Virus record (IMG/VR): IMGVR_UViG_3300033442_000004
Span: 32,001-96,000 of that record
From: a virus
DNA: 64,000 nt
Reading direction: 5' to 3' (one strand)
Under the pieces are notes generated by a model. That model was not told the DNA's origin. It worked only from the letters and a program-made list of their open reading frames with translations, and did no database searches. The position numbers and the translations under genes were made by a program. This document shows, piece by piece, positions 19,272 to 29,422 of this stretch (positions within the stretch are counted from its first letter, which is position 1; each line of letters starts with the position of its first letter).

Positions 19272-20169
19272 TTTCGTTTCGCCTTTCTCGTTTCGCCCCC
19301 GTCTTTTCCAGACCATCCGGAAAAATCCGAGGTTTTGGCATGGCTCTCCCGTTCTCTGCGAAGGTCATTCGCGAGGTGGAAAAACGCGCGGGAAAGCCCG
19401 CTTGCCTCTCCCGCTATATGCGGGCACAAAATCACCATACGAAACGAGACTTGAGTTTAGAAGCAAAGAAAAAATGCTGCAAAATCAATAGCTTGCAAGG
19501 CGAAAAATCGGGGTTCTGCATTCCCTCGAAACAAAATCGAGCAAAGAAAATGTAAGCAAATCAATTCGTTAGCATGTATGCAAACGATGATTCCAATTCA
19601 GAAAAATGATAGATCTAGACAATGGAAAGATTGAGATCGAAACGAGAACAAACATTCAACTATGGTATGATTGACAAGGGTTTCCCAGCACTCGAATCGG
19701 TACCCCTACCAAAGTCTAATTTTTTATTGGACATGGGGACTGGGTTGGCCAATACCCATCAACTTCGCACCGCTAAAAGGCCATTTCCCCCAATCGACTG
19801 GGCGATGATATGAAACTTGGGCCTGAGCTTTGAAATCCAGGGCCGTGGGAGGCTCTGCGGCCCGCCTATGTAGGTTCCGAGGGGTGAAACGGGCGGCCCT
19901 TCCTGGGCCTTCCCTGGGTTTTGGGGGGGGCGTTTGCATTACCACAAATCCGAGGCCGCGAAAAGCGGTATGCCCTTCCAAAAGACCCCCCTGTTTTGGG
20001 GCCCCACGGCCACCGCCGCACTGGCAAAAGGGGATTTGTCCCGTGTCCTGGGACGTGGGACAGCCGACCTGAATTGCCGCATGGGTAGCGAGGGCTTCGC
20101 CCTGGAATAACAGACCAGTCACCGCCGCGGCCGGCGCGCGGCAGCGAGACCTCGGGCTGGGGGCCATGG

Positions 20170-20640
20170 GGTGAGATCTCGCCGTCGTGGGGTGGTTGGG
20201 GTTCTCAGCCTTGGAGGAGCTGAGGTCTTCATCGAACGCTCATTCAGGCCGCTCGTCAATGAGCATGGGGTCATTCTTGAGCCGCGGCCTACGGGTGGGA
20301 ATGACCACGACGATCGCCACGCTGATCGACCACGACAAAGCGGCGGCCTATTACACGTGAAGATGCTCTTCACGATCCGTTGGCTTGAGCGGCCCCCCTT
20401 CGTGCGGTGGGCTCTCCTCACCTGGGCCACGAAGCCTGGGCGCGGCGGACCGCGGCCGGCGAGCACTTCGCGCTACCGAAATCTCGGCTGGCTGCCGAAC
20501 AGATGGACGACATTGCCAACGCGCATCGGCGCGGCTGGCCGACTTCATGGCTGCGGATCTGTCCGCGCTCGACCTTCTGGTGGTCGAAATCGACGGGGTG
20601 CATCCCGGCGACGATCTTGTGGTGGTGGCCGCGACCGGGT
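20170..20640. mobile_element. IS remnants at the left edge of the effector island (IS256-like transposase fragment ~20526-20640)
   Basis: SARLADFMAADLSALDLLVVEIDG.H..DD.VVVAA.G matches IS256/Mutator transposases; the adjacent non-coding IS-like end is unassigned. Confidence 0.55.
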
Positions 20641-20841
20641 TAGGGCCGCGTCTAACCGACCACTTCCAAAGCCATAATCACTGTACTGCTAGAACTAGTA
20701 GGTTCGCTGTTCTCAGTTCCCAGCTAAGCAAGTAGAGCCGTTTTGGAAGAAACCTGTCCTGAACATAAGGCCAGAAGGACCTGAAAAGTGCAATTGACGG
20801 TGCTAAGCAAGTCAGGAACTCGCAGAAAATGGAGAACAAGC

Positions 20842-21450
20842 ATGGCAAACTTACGCCAGGACGACAAGTCTACACCAGGAGCAGATGATGCAGCTCGCCG
20901 TGCCGGCGAGCGGGCTGCCGAGCAGACCAGCCGTACCGGACAAGCTGCAGCTGATCAGACCGCGCATGTTGGACAAGGTGCCGCTCAAGCCGGAGAAGAA
21001 ACGGCCCGATCAACTTCCGACTTTCTTAAGCAGAACCTCGAGACGGTGCAGAACGCATGGCGGATCGGCCTGGAAGCGACGACCTTAGCCGTGGGACGCT
21101 CTACCGAGCAACTTGGACGCACGCTCGGCGTCTCAGGAGAAGGGGTGCAACAGGCAAAAAAGGCAACGGAACGGTCGGCGCGCAATGCGCAAAAGATCCT
21201 TTCCACCAGTAATGCTGCTGCCAAAGTGATGAATGGAATTTCTGAAGAGTACAGCCAGATGGTTCGGCATCAAGTCGGGAAGAACATGGACTACATCAGC
21301 GAGCTGTGGACCTCGCGGACCCCTCAGGAATTTGTAGCCGCACAAAGTGATATTGTGCGGGAGTCTGTGGAAATTGCTCTGGAGGGTAGTCGTCGGATCG
21401 CCGACCTGTCGCTCAAAGTGGCCGAGGAAACCGGAAAGCAGATCAAGTGA
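20842..21450 (+). CDS. Phasin-family protein
   Basis: C-terminal phasin pattern (SRTPQEFVAAQSDIVRESVE...SRRIADLS); GGAG RBS. Confidence 0.75.
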   Translation: MANLRQDDKSTPGADDAARRAGERAAEQTSRTGQAAADQTAHVGQGAAQAGEETARSTSDFLKQNLETVQNAWRIGLEATTLAVGRSTEQLGRTLGVSGEGVQQAKKATERSARNAQKILSTSNAAAKVMNGISEEYSQMVRHQVGKNMDYISELWTSRTPQEFVAAQSDIVRESVEIALEGSRRIADLSLKVAEETGKQIK

Positions 21451-21641
21451 AGTATGGAAGGAGTCCGATTGCCCCATGGGAGCGTTCTTCGTTGTAGTCG
21501 CCGCGCTTCCCCAGACAGCGCTCGTCGGATGGCTGCGCCGGGCTGTGTTGCTGGGCTGCGGCCTGATTCCGGTCCTTCGTGCCCGAGGCCCAGGCCGTCG
21601 GCGTGAGCCGCTCCAGCCTGAGCTATCCGCCCACGGCGACA

Positions 21642-24600
21642 TCAACCCCTGAGTCGGTTCTGCAGCGCCTGCCGATTGGCAACGACGTTGCTAAGGTTCA
21701 GCTGGTCTGGCTCCCATCCTTGCGCCAATTGCCTAACCAGCTCCCGCGTGCCGTCCACGACAAAGACGCCGCAATCATAAGTGTTCTGCTGCTGGGCCAT
21801 GTCGGCTAGCTCCAGGGGGAGGTTCAGCCTTCTTGCGAGATGTGCTGCATCTCTGTTGTTGAGTCCGCCGTAGGAATCGTAGTGATAGGCGACCGGCCGC
21901 CACCGGTCGCTGCGATCTACGAACAGCAGCGACCAATGGTTGCCGCGGCTATTAGGATCTTCAGGATTGCCATTAATCACGGGCAGGAACAGGAAGTCGG
22001 CTGTATCATTACCATTATCGTCATAGACGATGCGCTGGAACTCGGTTAGCACGACGCCATCGTCGTTAGAGCGCAGATAATTTAGGGCGATGAGGGGATT
22101 CACGAACCGCGTCCGGGCGGCGAGATCCGGATCGTTCCTCTGCAAATCCTGCTCCTGGAGCCCGTAATCCCTGTCGATATGCTGGTCGCCCAGCCATTCT
22201 GTGTCATCGAGCACCAGCCCGTGGCCGTGAGACGAGACTGTCGGATCTAAAGCCCCGATCTGAGCATTAGCGGAGGTGCTCGGAAACGGGCGTACAGAAT
22301 TAGCATCGTCACGTGATTCGGACGGCGTGGGCGCAGTCAGATCGACCAATGGAAAACCGCGGTAGGCGTCTGAGCGAGCCCTGGCAAAAGGCGCCGCCGC
22401 AAAGTGAGCATCGTCGCGCAACTCGGACGGCGTGGGCGCATCCAGATGCACCAATGACTCAAGACCGCCGTAGGTGTCTGAGCGAGCCCTGGCAGCGGGC
22501 GCCGGCGCAAAGTGAGCATCGTCGCGTAATTCGGACGGCGTGGGCGCATCCAGATGCACCAATGACTCAAGACCGCCGTAGGTGTCTGAGCGAGCCCTGG
22601 CAGCGGGCGCCGGCGCAAAGTGAGCATCGTCGCGCAATTCGGACGGCGTGGGCGCATCCAGATGCACCAATGACTCAAGACCGCCGTAGGTGCCTGAGCG
22701 AGCCCTGGCAGCCGGCGCCGGCGCTGCTTCCAGCGTCGGCCACATACTCCAATCAAAGTCGAGCGGCATCTGCGGCGACCAGGTTGAGGCGGACCACGCA
22801 GGTTGCTGCCGTCCAGCTTGGACTATGTCCTGCGCCTGCCCAGGGGGAACCTCGGGCCACGATGGGCCGTCTTTCCCCATCAAACGCAGATCCCGATCGT
22901 AACCTTCCGGGAGGACCAATGGCCGACTGACAGCTCCCTGCGGCGCGCTGTGCTGCGCGGCGGCGCCCGCGACGTACGTCGCGGCCGCATGCGGCGCCGT
23001 TGCATCTTCGTGCCCGCTCGCCTGCATCATCGGCTGCGCATGCCATGGCGATGCACCCTGTTGATGGGTGGGGGCCGGGGTCGCGGCGATCTCGCTCAGC
23101 AGCCGCTCAATAGCAAGGCCTTGCGGATTGTCTAGGGTCCTCGGCCTCTTCGCTGGCCTTAACTCAGCTGCATCCTGTTCATCGTTGATGAGGATCTCCT
23201 CGCTTGGCGGGAGGTTGCTCCTGGCAAGTGCAGCCATCGGCTCTTCCGAGAACTGCTGGCCGTCCCGGCGCCAGTTCAGGGGACGAATGGAATCTCCGGG
23301 ATCCGATGCCTGGTCGTGCCGCGCGACTGGCTCGAGAGATGACGACGGGCCGGGTTCGTCCATCAGCCCCAAAACCAAATCCTGCTCGTGGCGTTCCGCA
23401 GGAAGCAGTTTCTCTGGCCAACTGCCAACTTCCTGCGAGCTGTGCTGCGCTGCGGCGTCGCCGGCCCGCCTCGGCTCCATCAGTGCCGCGCCTTCGGGAT
23501 CAGGACCGGGGGAAATATAGCGCTCGCGCTCCATCGCTTTAGCGCCCGCCTGTGATTTTCGGAGTTGACCTAATGCGGCATCGATCGTCCGGATGCCACC
23601 GAAGTCCTTTTTATAGGCCTCGACATCTTCATCCAACGCCCCGCCGGAAAGCCGAGTAGCAATGCCCTTCTTGTTATTTTCACGCAGGTGGTGACCGAAA
23701 CTGCGAAGAGCAGTCGCATACACACCGCCGGTACTTGTCGCTGCTTCGTTTTGGTACTCTATGATGAGAGCCGCGTCCTGGAGGTAAGGATTTAGCTCAG
23801 TGGTGGCTGTGACCGTCACTCCGCCCGTCGACTGAAAGGTCCGGAGAAGACCTATTGACCTAATAAGGAGGCGACTGCCCTTACCCTTTTCGATGAACTC
23901 ACGCGCATCATCGGTCAGCGACTCTTTTTCGAGCCGATCAACAATGCTCGTTTTGTTATTTGCCAAGAGCCAGCGGCCAAAGGCGCGAAGCGGGCCTACA
24001 AGGTCTTTGGCGGTGCGTTCGGCGGCGTTGCCACTGCGGAGGGCCTCCTCAAGCCCCGAAATAAGGGGAGCATCCTCGGAATAAAGAGGCTTCCTCCGCC
24101 CTCTCAAAATCCCAGTTGACTGAGCCGGCTGCGGCGCCGACGACGACGGGCCGGGTTCGTCCATCCGGCCCAAATCCTGATCGTGGCCTTCCGCAGGAAG
24201 AAATTCCTCTGGCCAACTGCCAGCTTGCTGCGACGCACTGTGCTGCGCAGCGGCGTCGCCGACCTGCATCGACTCCATCAGGGCCGCGTCTTTGGGATCA
24301 ATATGCCGCTCGAGCTCCATCGCGTTAGCGCCGGCCTGCGATTTTCGGAGTTGAGCCAGAGCGGCACCGATCCTCGAATCAGCACCGGCGCCCTTCTTAT
24401 AGCTATTGATATCTTCATCCAACGCCCCGCCGGAAAGCCGAGTAGCAATGCCCTTCTTGTTATTTTCACGCAGGTAGTGACCGAAACTGCGAAGAGCAGT
24501 TGCATACATCCGGCCGGTACTTGTCGCTGTTTCTTTTTTGTACTCGTTGATGAGATCCGCGTCCTGAGGGTGAGGATTTAGCTCAGTGCGGGCTGTGACC

Positions 24601-25520
24601 GTCACTCCGCCCGTCGACTGGAAGGTCCGGAGATGGTTCAATTCCTCTGACCAACTGCCAGCTTGCTGCGACGCACTGTGCTGCGCAGCGGCGTCGCCGA
24701 CCTGCATCGACTCCATCAGGGCCGCGTCTTTGGGATCAATATGGCGCTCGGGCTCCATCGCCTTAGCGCCGGCCTGCGATTTTCGGAGTTGAGCCAGAGC
24801 GGCACCGATCCTCGAATCAGCACCGGCGCCCTTCTTATAGCTATTGACATCTTCATCCAACGCCCCGCCGGAAAGCCGAGTAGCAATGCCCTTCTTGTTG
24901 TTTTCACGCAGGTAGTGACCGAAACTGCGAAGAGCAGTTGCATACATCCTGCCGGTACTTGTCGCTGTTTCTTTTTTGTACTCGTTGATGAGATCCGCGT
25001 CCTGAGGGTGAGGATTTAGCTCAGTGCGGGCTGTGACCGTCACTCCGCCCGTCGACTGGAAGGTCCGGAGATGGTTCAATGCCGCAAGGATATTCGAGGG
25101 ACGCCTCTTTTCGAACTCGCGTGCATCATGGGTCAGCGACGGGTCGTTGAGCCGAGCAACAATGCTCGTTTTGTTATTTGCGAGGAGCCAGCCGCCAAAG
25201 CTGCGAAGTGAAGTTAGATAGTCCCCAGCGTTGCGGTGGGTGGGGTTGCCGATAAGGGCCTTCTCAAGCCCCGAAATAAGGCGAGCGTCCTCGGAATAAA
25301 GGAGATGCTTGCCCTGCCGTCCTATCAAAACCCAAGTTGACTGAGCCGACTGCAGCGCCGAGGCGGCCGGCATTGCTCCACCACCTCCATCTGAGTTGGC
25401 GATCTCGCTCAATTGCCGCTCAAAGGTCGCCGCGGCTGCGGACGGAGCCGCGGGTGAGCTCTCTTGCGGGCCCGTGCTGTCCGATTGTTCATGCACCGAC
25501 TTGGTCGAGGGGAAATCCAT
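21642..25520 (-). CDS. nopD: Type III effector, NopD/Bel2-5-like, C-terminal C48 (ULP1-like SUMO) protease
   Basis: WLGDQHI, GNHWSLL, HYDS, QQQNTYDCGVFV (H-D-C triad); LDAPTPSELRDDAHFAPAP repeats; tts box upstream. Confidence 0.88.
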   Translation of the reverse strand: MDFPSTKSVHEQSDSTGPQESSPAAPSAAAATFERQLSEIANSDGGGGAMPAASALQSAQSTWVLIGRQGKHLLYSEDARLISGLEKALIGNPTHRNAGDYLTSLRSFGGWLLANNKTSIVARLNDPSLTHDAREFEKRRPSNILAALNHLRTFQSTGGVTVTARTELNPHPQDADLINEYKKETATSTGRMYATALRSFGHYLRENNKKGIATRLSGGALDEDVNSYKKGAGADSRIGAALAQLRKSQAGAKAMEPERHIDPKDAALMESMQVGDAAAQHSASQQAGSWSEELNHLRTFQSTGGVTVTARTELNPHPQDADLINEYKKETATSTGRMYATALRSFGHYLRENNKKGIATRLSGGALDEDINSYKKGAGADSRIGAALAQLRKSQAGANAMELERHIDPKDAALMESMQVGDAAAQHSASQQAGSWPEEFLPAEGHDQDLGRMDEPGPSSSAPQPAQSTGILRGRRKPLYSEDAPLISGLEEALRSGNAAERTAKDLVGPLRAFGRWLLANNKTSIVDRLEKESLTDDAREFIEKGKGSRLLIRSIGLLRTFQSTGGVTVTATTELNPYLQDAALIIEYQNEAATSTGGVYATALRSFGHHLRENNKKGIATRLSGGALDEDVEAYKKDFGGIRTIDAALGQLRKSQAGAKAMERERYISPGPDPEGAALMEPRRAGDAAAQHSSQEVGSWPEKLLPAERHEQDLVLGLMDEPGPSSSLEPVARHDQASDPGDSIRPLNWRRDGQQFSEEPMAALARSNLPPSEEILINDEQDAAELRPAKRPRTLDNPQGLAIERLLSEIAATPAPTHQQGASPWHAQPMMQASGHEDATAPHAAATYVAGAAAQHSAPQGAVSRPLVLPEGYDRDLRLMGKDGPSWPEVPPGQAQDIVQAGRQQPAWSASTWSPQMPLDFDWSMWPTLEAAPAPAARARSGTYGGLESLVHLDAPTPSELRDDAHFAPAPAARARSDTYGGLESLVHLDAPTPSELRDDAHFAPAPAARARSDTYGGLESLVHLDAPTPSELRDDAHFAAAPFARARSDAYRGFPLVDLTAPTPSESRDDANSVRPFPSTSANAQIGALDPTVSSHGHGLVLDDTEWLGDQHIDRDYGLQEQDLQRNDPDLAARTRFVNPLIALNYLRSNDDGVVLTEFQRIVYDDNGNDTADFLFLPVINGNPEDPNSRGNHWSLLFVDRSDRWRPVAYHYDSYGGLNNRDAAHLARRLNLPLELADMAQQQNTYDCGVFVVDGTRELVRQLAQGWEPDQLNLSNVVANRQALQNRLRG
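22313..22720 (-). repeat. 108-bp (36-aa) tandem repeats in the effector, three full copies plus one diverged
   Basis: TCGGACGG anchor at 22318, 22423, 22531, 22639. Confidence 0.95.
24206..25078 (-). repeat. Near-identical 438-bp (146-aa) tandem duplication in the effector N-terminal half; third diverged copy ~23420-23850
   Basis: Repeated LRTFQSTGGVTVTARTELNPHPQDADL...SQQAGSW; offset 438. Confidence 0.9.
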
Positions 25521-25668
25521 CCGTTCTCACCTTCAAAATATGAACATGGGCTTCGATCTGACATGCTGGGAATCAGCAACAAACCACCCTTTACGGCCCT
25601 CGACAGGCGCGCACCGTGAGCATCGGCAGCCGATGTTTTTGCAAGGCGACCAGCCCTGTATGTTTTGT

Positions 25669-25698
25669 TAAATGGGGAAGCTGTCGAGAACCTGATGA
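25669..25698 (-). promoter_or_regulatory. tts box (TtsI-activated promoter)
   Basis: TCATCAGGTTCTCGACAGCT-N8-TA, matching the rhizobial tcGTCAGcTtntcgnnAGct-N8-TA consensus, ~150 bp upstream of the effector. Confidence 0.85.
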
Positions 25699-25949
25699 CG
25701 ACAATTGCCGCGCCAAGACAGCATGGTGCATGTGCCTGCGCGCTTCGCCGTCAACAGCCGAGAGACCGAAGATACCGAAGATTCAGAGACAAAATACTGC
25801 TTCTCATCGGTGAGGCGTACGGCCAGCTTTCGCGGCTCCAGCCAACGTCTTGACAGGATGCGCTGAACGCGCGAGGCAAAAATCGAAACGCAACCACTTT
25901 TGGTGCCTTACAATTCAGTATTGATCTTAAGACGCCTATTGCTGAATCG

Positions 25950-26007
25950 GCTTGCAAATTTTGGACGCCGATCCCCCGGCTTAGGGGGGCAGAATTGCAG
26001 AATGACA
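25950..26007 (+). mobile_element. IS21-like terminal repeat remnant, right edge of the effector island
   Basis: Repeated CAAATTTTGGACGCCG / CAGAATTGCA subterminal motifs ending in ...TGACA. Confidence 0.5.
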
Positions 26008-26183
26008 CCCACGTCACCCCAATAGACGAACCATTCACCTGGTCGGTGCTCGTCGTTGTCCCGGCGTCGGGTAAGCTGGGTCAATTGGGACGAACCTGTG
26101 GTTTCTGACACTCGGTGCGGGGTGGAGCGCTTCGCGCTCAGTCCATACCGTAACAGGGCGGCTGGCCTTACCGGGATTTGTAA

Positions 26184-26286
26184 GGGACCACCGGCATCTG
26201 GTGCCGCGGCATCTCGTGCCGGTACCACCGGCATCTGGTGCCGGTACCACCGGAATCTCCTGCCGGTACCACCGGCACCAGGTGCC
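26184..26286 (+). repeat. 22-bp iteron-like tandem repeats GGTACCACCGGCATCTGGTGCC (4 copies + 1 partial)
   Basis: Copies at 26184, 26221, 26243, 26265; partial at 26206. Confidence 0.85.
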
Positions 26287-26392
26287 TACTAACCTATCAA
26301 GAAACAACACTGAACCAACATTGAACCCAAAGAGGGTTTGCCGACCTTCGCGCTCGGCGGGTTCCAGCGTTTGCATTCCATTTGCAGAGGGC

Positions 26393-26447
26393 TTGACGGA
26401 AACTGCATATGGGGGTATCTACTGCGCTACGTTAGCATTCGTGCAAA
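26393..26447 (+). promoter_or_regulatory. Rightward promoter with downstream operator
   Basis: TTGACG-N17-TATCTA; TTAGCATTCGTGCAAA at 26432. Confidence 0.5.
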
Positions 26448-26710
26448 CGGCCATCATCAAGCCCCCAACCCAGCCAGCCGGTTCCCGCCGGACTGGCCGG
26501 CGCGGGCAGAGGAACCCAATGACCCTCACGGACCTGCAATTCGTGGCGGCACTCGGCGTGCTCACCATGAAATTGCTCGTCCTGACCTTCGGGGCGCTCG
26601 CCATCACCTCGATGGCGTTTGTGATCACCGCCGTCTGCAAACGCTGACACCAAGTTACCCAGAGCCCGGTCTCGCCCACGGCAGACCGGGGCACCCTTTC
26701 CGGAGCGACC

Positions 26711-27004
26711 ATGCCTCGCAGACGCCGACGCCAGGAAGAAGATCTCGTTCATGCCGCCGTCGAGGCGTTGGAGGATGAGATCCGATGCTGGCAGCAGCGG
26801 GAGAGGCCGTATTCCGGCGACATGGTCACGCTGACGCGCTGGCCGCTCAGCCGCATTGCTGGACCAATCGGTCCTGCCGAGGTCGACGCTCAGGCGATGC
26901 AGACCATCGAGCACATCGATCTTCAGAAAAACGAGGTTCCGTTCTTCCTCCGCTATCGCGGCATGGAGGCGGCGATCAAGAAGATCCGCGAGCTGGAAGC
27001 ATGA
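26711..27004 (+). CDS. Hypothetical phage protein
   Basis: GGAG RBS, coupled ORF. Confidence 0.6.
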   Translation: MPRRRRRQEEDLVHAAVEALEDEIRCWQQRERPYSGDMVTLTRWPLSRIAGPIGPAEVDAQAMQTIEHIDLQKNEVPFFLRYRGMEAAIKKIRELEA

Positions 27005-27249
27005 AGCAGCTCGGTGACATCCTGCTGGGCCTCGGGCTCGGCCTCACGATCGCGGCCCTGATCGCCAACAACTGGCGGCGGTCGAAGCCTCGCGTCCATG
27101 GCTGGAGCGAAGCCGACGCCGAGCTGCTGACGATGCCGGCGCACGAGCGCCTGGCCCGGCAGCTCGCCGTCCGGGCAGGCGCCCCCGAGTTCATGTGGCG
27201 GCGGTACACGCCGCTCGCCGTTTCGATCATCCTGAGGAAGCCGTCATGA
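27001..27249 (+). CDS. Small membrane-anchored hypothetical protein
   Basis: MKQLGDILLGLGLGLTIAALIA hydrophobic N-terminus; ATGA overlap. Confidence 0.55.
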   Translation: MKQLGDILLGLGLGLTIAALIANNWRRSKPRVHGWSEADAELLTMPAHERLARQLAVRAGAPEFMWRRYTPLAVSIILRKPS

Positions 27250-27379
27250 GCCGTCGTCGCCAGCTGCAGATCATCCGCGATCAGATCCACGCCGAGATGC
27301 GGGACGGCCTGACGCAGACCATGCTGATCGCCTTCCTGGTGATCGCCGCGATCGACGTCATCGCCCGGAACATCCACTG

Positions 27380-27715
27380 ATGGCGCGGACTGGCAATTAC
27401 CAGATCCCGTTCGACGAGGCCGGTAACCAGCTCCATTACCCGGAGGTCTGGACCTTCGTGAACGGCAAGCGCGGCGACGTCGTCTGGCGCGACAACGTGC
27501 CGTTCCAGGCCAAGCTGACCTACACCGGCTTCAACCGCGGCCGGTCGGCGGCCTACCTCGACTTCACCGACGAGAACGGCAAGTCGGTCACCTTCTTCAT
27601 GAAGGACTTCGACAAGCTCGTCCCGCACCTGAGCGGGGGCGCCGTCACCGGCACATTCATCTTCGTCAAGCGCGGCCAGAACTACGGCTGCCAGCTGATC
27701 GAGCCCGTCGCGTGA
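27380..27715 (+). CDS. Hypothetical phage protein
   Basis: Strong GC3 bias; coupled. Confidence 0.7.
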   Translation: MARTGNYQIPFDEAGNQLHYPEVWTFVNGKRGDVVWRDNVPFQAKLTYTGFNRGRSAAYLDFTDENGKSVTFFMKDFDKLVPHLSGGAVTGTFIFVKRGQNYGCQLIEPVA

Positions 27716-27907
27716 GCGTCGGCCAGGGCAAGGCGCTTCGCGCTCACCAGCACAAGATGAACCGCAAGCAGGACATCTCCGATCGCCGCGGTCGCGAGTT
27801 GCAGGAGCGCGTCGAGCAGCGCCGCATGGCGAGGCAGCTCCGCAAACCAGTTTCCAAGAGCCCGTGATCTGCTCCGAGCAGCACGGGTCCACCCTTCAGA
27901 GAGAACC

Positions 27908-28090
27908 ATGCCCGCCAAGAAGAAGACCGCCGAGAAGTCCGCAGCCGTCATCACGGTCAAGGACGCGCCCGAGATGACCAAGCGCGGCCGGCGCCAGGTC
28001 GCCGAGTGGATGCGCAAGCAGGCCGACTTCCTGGAGTTCGAGGGCAAGGCGTTCTCGAAGCGCTTCACCGCGCGCTACCTCTATCGCTGA
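27908..28090 (+). CDS. Small basic hypothetical protein
   Basis: ORF, codon bias. Confidence 0.65.
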   Translation: MPAKKKTAEKSAAVITVKDAPEMTKRGRRQVAEWMRKQADFLEFEGKAFSKRFTARYLYR

Positions 28091-28108
28091 TGGCCAGCGA
28101 TACCTGCG

Positions 28109-28498
28109 ATGCCTGCGGCAAAACGGAAGAAGGCGTCGCCTGGTTCGCAGCAGCCTTTCGAAAGGTACGGCTTAAAAAAGATAAGCCTGATCCCGGAAAC
28201 CTCTGCGGAGGATGCGCCGGCTCCATCACCGGAAAAGAAATCGGTGCCGAAGTCTCCGGCCGAGCCAAGGCCTGATCCGATCTCGACCAGCCCGTTCGCG
28301 TTGCAAGCCTACGAGCTGATCAAGGTTCTGGATCCGCTCGTCGGTGTGGCCGAGGCGACCTTCTTCATGAACCGCAGCAACGAAATGCTCGGCGGCATCA
28401 CCCCGGTGACCGCGATCAAGCAAGGCCGGCTCGACGACGTCAAGCGCGCCGTGCGCGCGGTCGCAGCAGAGAAGGGCGTCTTCCAGACGCCGTTGTGA
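28109..28498 (+). CDS. Antitoxin Xre/MbcA/ParS toxin-binding-domain protein
   Basis: A..FMNRSNEMLGGITPVTAIKQGRLDDVKRAV pattern. Confidence 0.6.
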   Translation: MPAAKRKKASPGSQQPFERYGLKKISLIPETSAEDAPAPSPEKKSVPKSPAEPRPDPISTSPFALQAYELIKVLDPLVGVAEATFFMNRSNEMLGGITPVTAIKQGRLDDVKRAVRAVAAEKGVFQTPL

Positions 28499-28615
28499 TG
28501 AAGACCAAAACCCGGAAGCCGGCGAAGCGGTATCGACCGCTCGCTTGCGGCTGCTGCGACAGCATCGACTGTCGCGAAACCATCAACCATCAAATCGAGT
28601 GGCGCGAGGCACAAG

Positions 28616-28882
28616 ATGAGCTTGCAGACGATCACCCCGTGGTGCGCCGTAGTTGCGGCGAGCGAGACGATCGCTATGCAGTACATGGACGCCTTCAAGC
28701 TCTCGTCCGAGATCTGGGATGCGCGCCAGCACGACACGGCGCTCGGCGCCCAGTACGAGCACATCGTGCTGATCCGGCCGCACTGGCGCATGGCGCCCGC
28801 CGAGGTCGCCCACTTCGAAAGGAACGTCCTGCCGATGTGGCTGACCCGCCTGTCGCCGAACGGCAAACTGAAAGTCATCTGA
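28616..28882 (+). CDS. Hypothetical phage protein
   Basis: ORF, codon bias. Confidence 0.6.
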   Translation: MSLQTITPWCAVVAASETIAMQYMDAFKLSSEIWDARQHDTALGAQYEHIVLIRPHWRMAPAEVAHFERNVLPMWLTRLSPNGKLKVI

Positions 28883-28889
28883 GGACATC

Positions 28890-29422
28890 ATGGACGCCGC
28901 CGAAGTCACCGACCACAAGCCAGTTTCGATCTGGAACAAACTCAACCCGCTATGGTGGCTCGTCGGCGATGACGGCTGGAACGTGCCGGACGTCAACAAC
29001 GGCGCGCCGTACCTGCCGGAGGTGACCAACATCTGGCTGCGGCGCTTCTACTGGTTCATCTGCCGCAACCCGCTGATGAACTTCGTCGGCTACGTGCTCG
29101 GCGTCGAGGACAAGAACTACTGGGTCTACGGCTCGGACCAGGTGCTGCGCACCACCGGCCGCGACTGCACCCCGCAGGCCTTCGGCTTCCGCTGGGCGGT
29201 GCTCGACCCGGGCGTCTCGTTCGGCGCCATCGCGGTCACGCTGATCGCCGCCGCGCTCGCATGGTTCATCCATCCGGCGTTCGCCGTGGTCCTCCCAATC
29301 TCGCTGTTCAAGGCGGCCGGTCTCTTGTCAACTACTGGAACGGCTCTCTCGAGTTTTACCTGGGCTGGCGGCCGGCAAGCGGCGGCTTCGGCACCAAGAT
29401 CATTTTCACGGAAAGCACATGA
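28890..29422 (+). pseudogene. Membrane-associated phage protein, frameshifted near 29325
   Basis: Frame switches to VNYWNGSLEFYLGWRPASGGFGTK..., ending in an ATGA overlap with the next gene. Confidence 0.55.

Noticed and set aside
20170-20355. IS110-type non-coding end (bridge-RNA-like)
   Set aside because: Resemblance is from memory only and no transposase is attached; kept as an unassigned IS remnant
22313-22720. Regularly spaced repeats as a CRISPR array
   Set aside because: Whole 108-bp units repeat in frame inside a CDS; no unique spacers and no cas genes
26184-26286. 22-bp repeats as a mini-CRISPR
   Set aside because: Repeats are contiguous with no spacers
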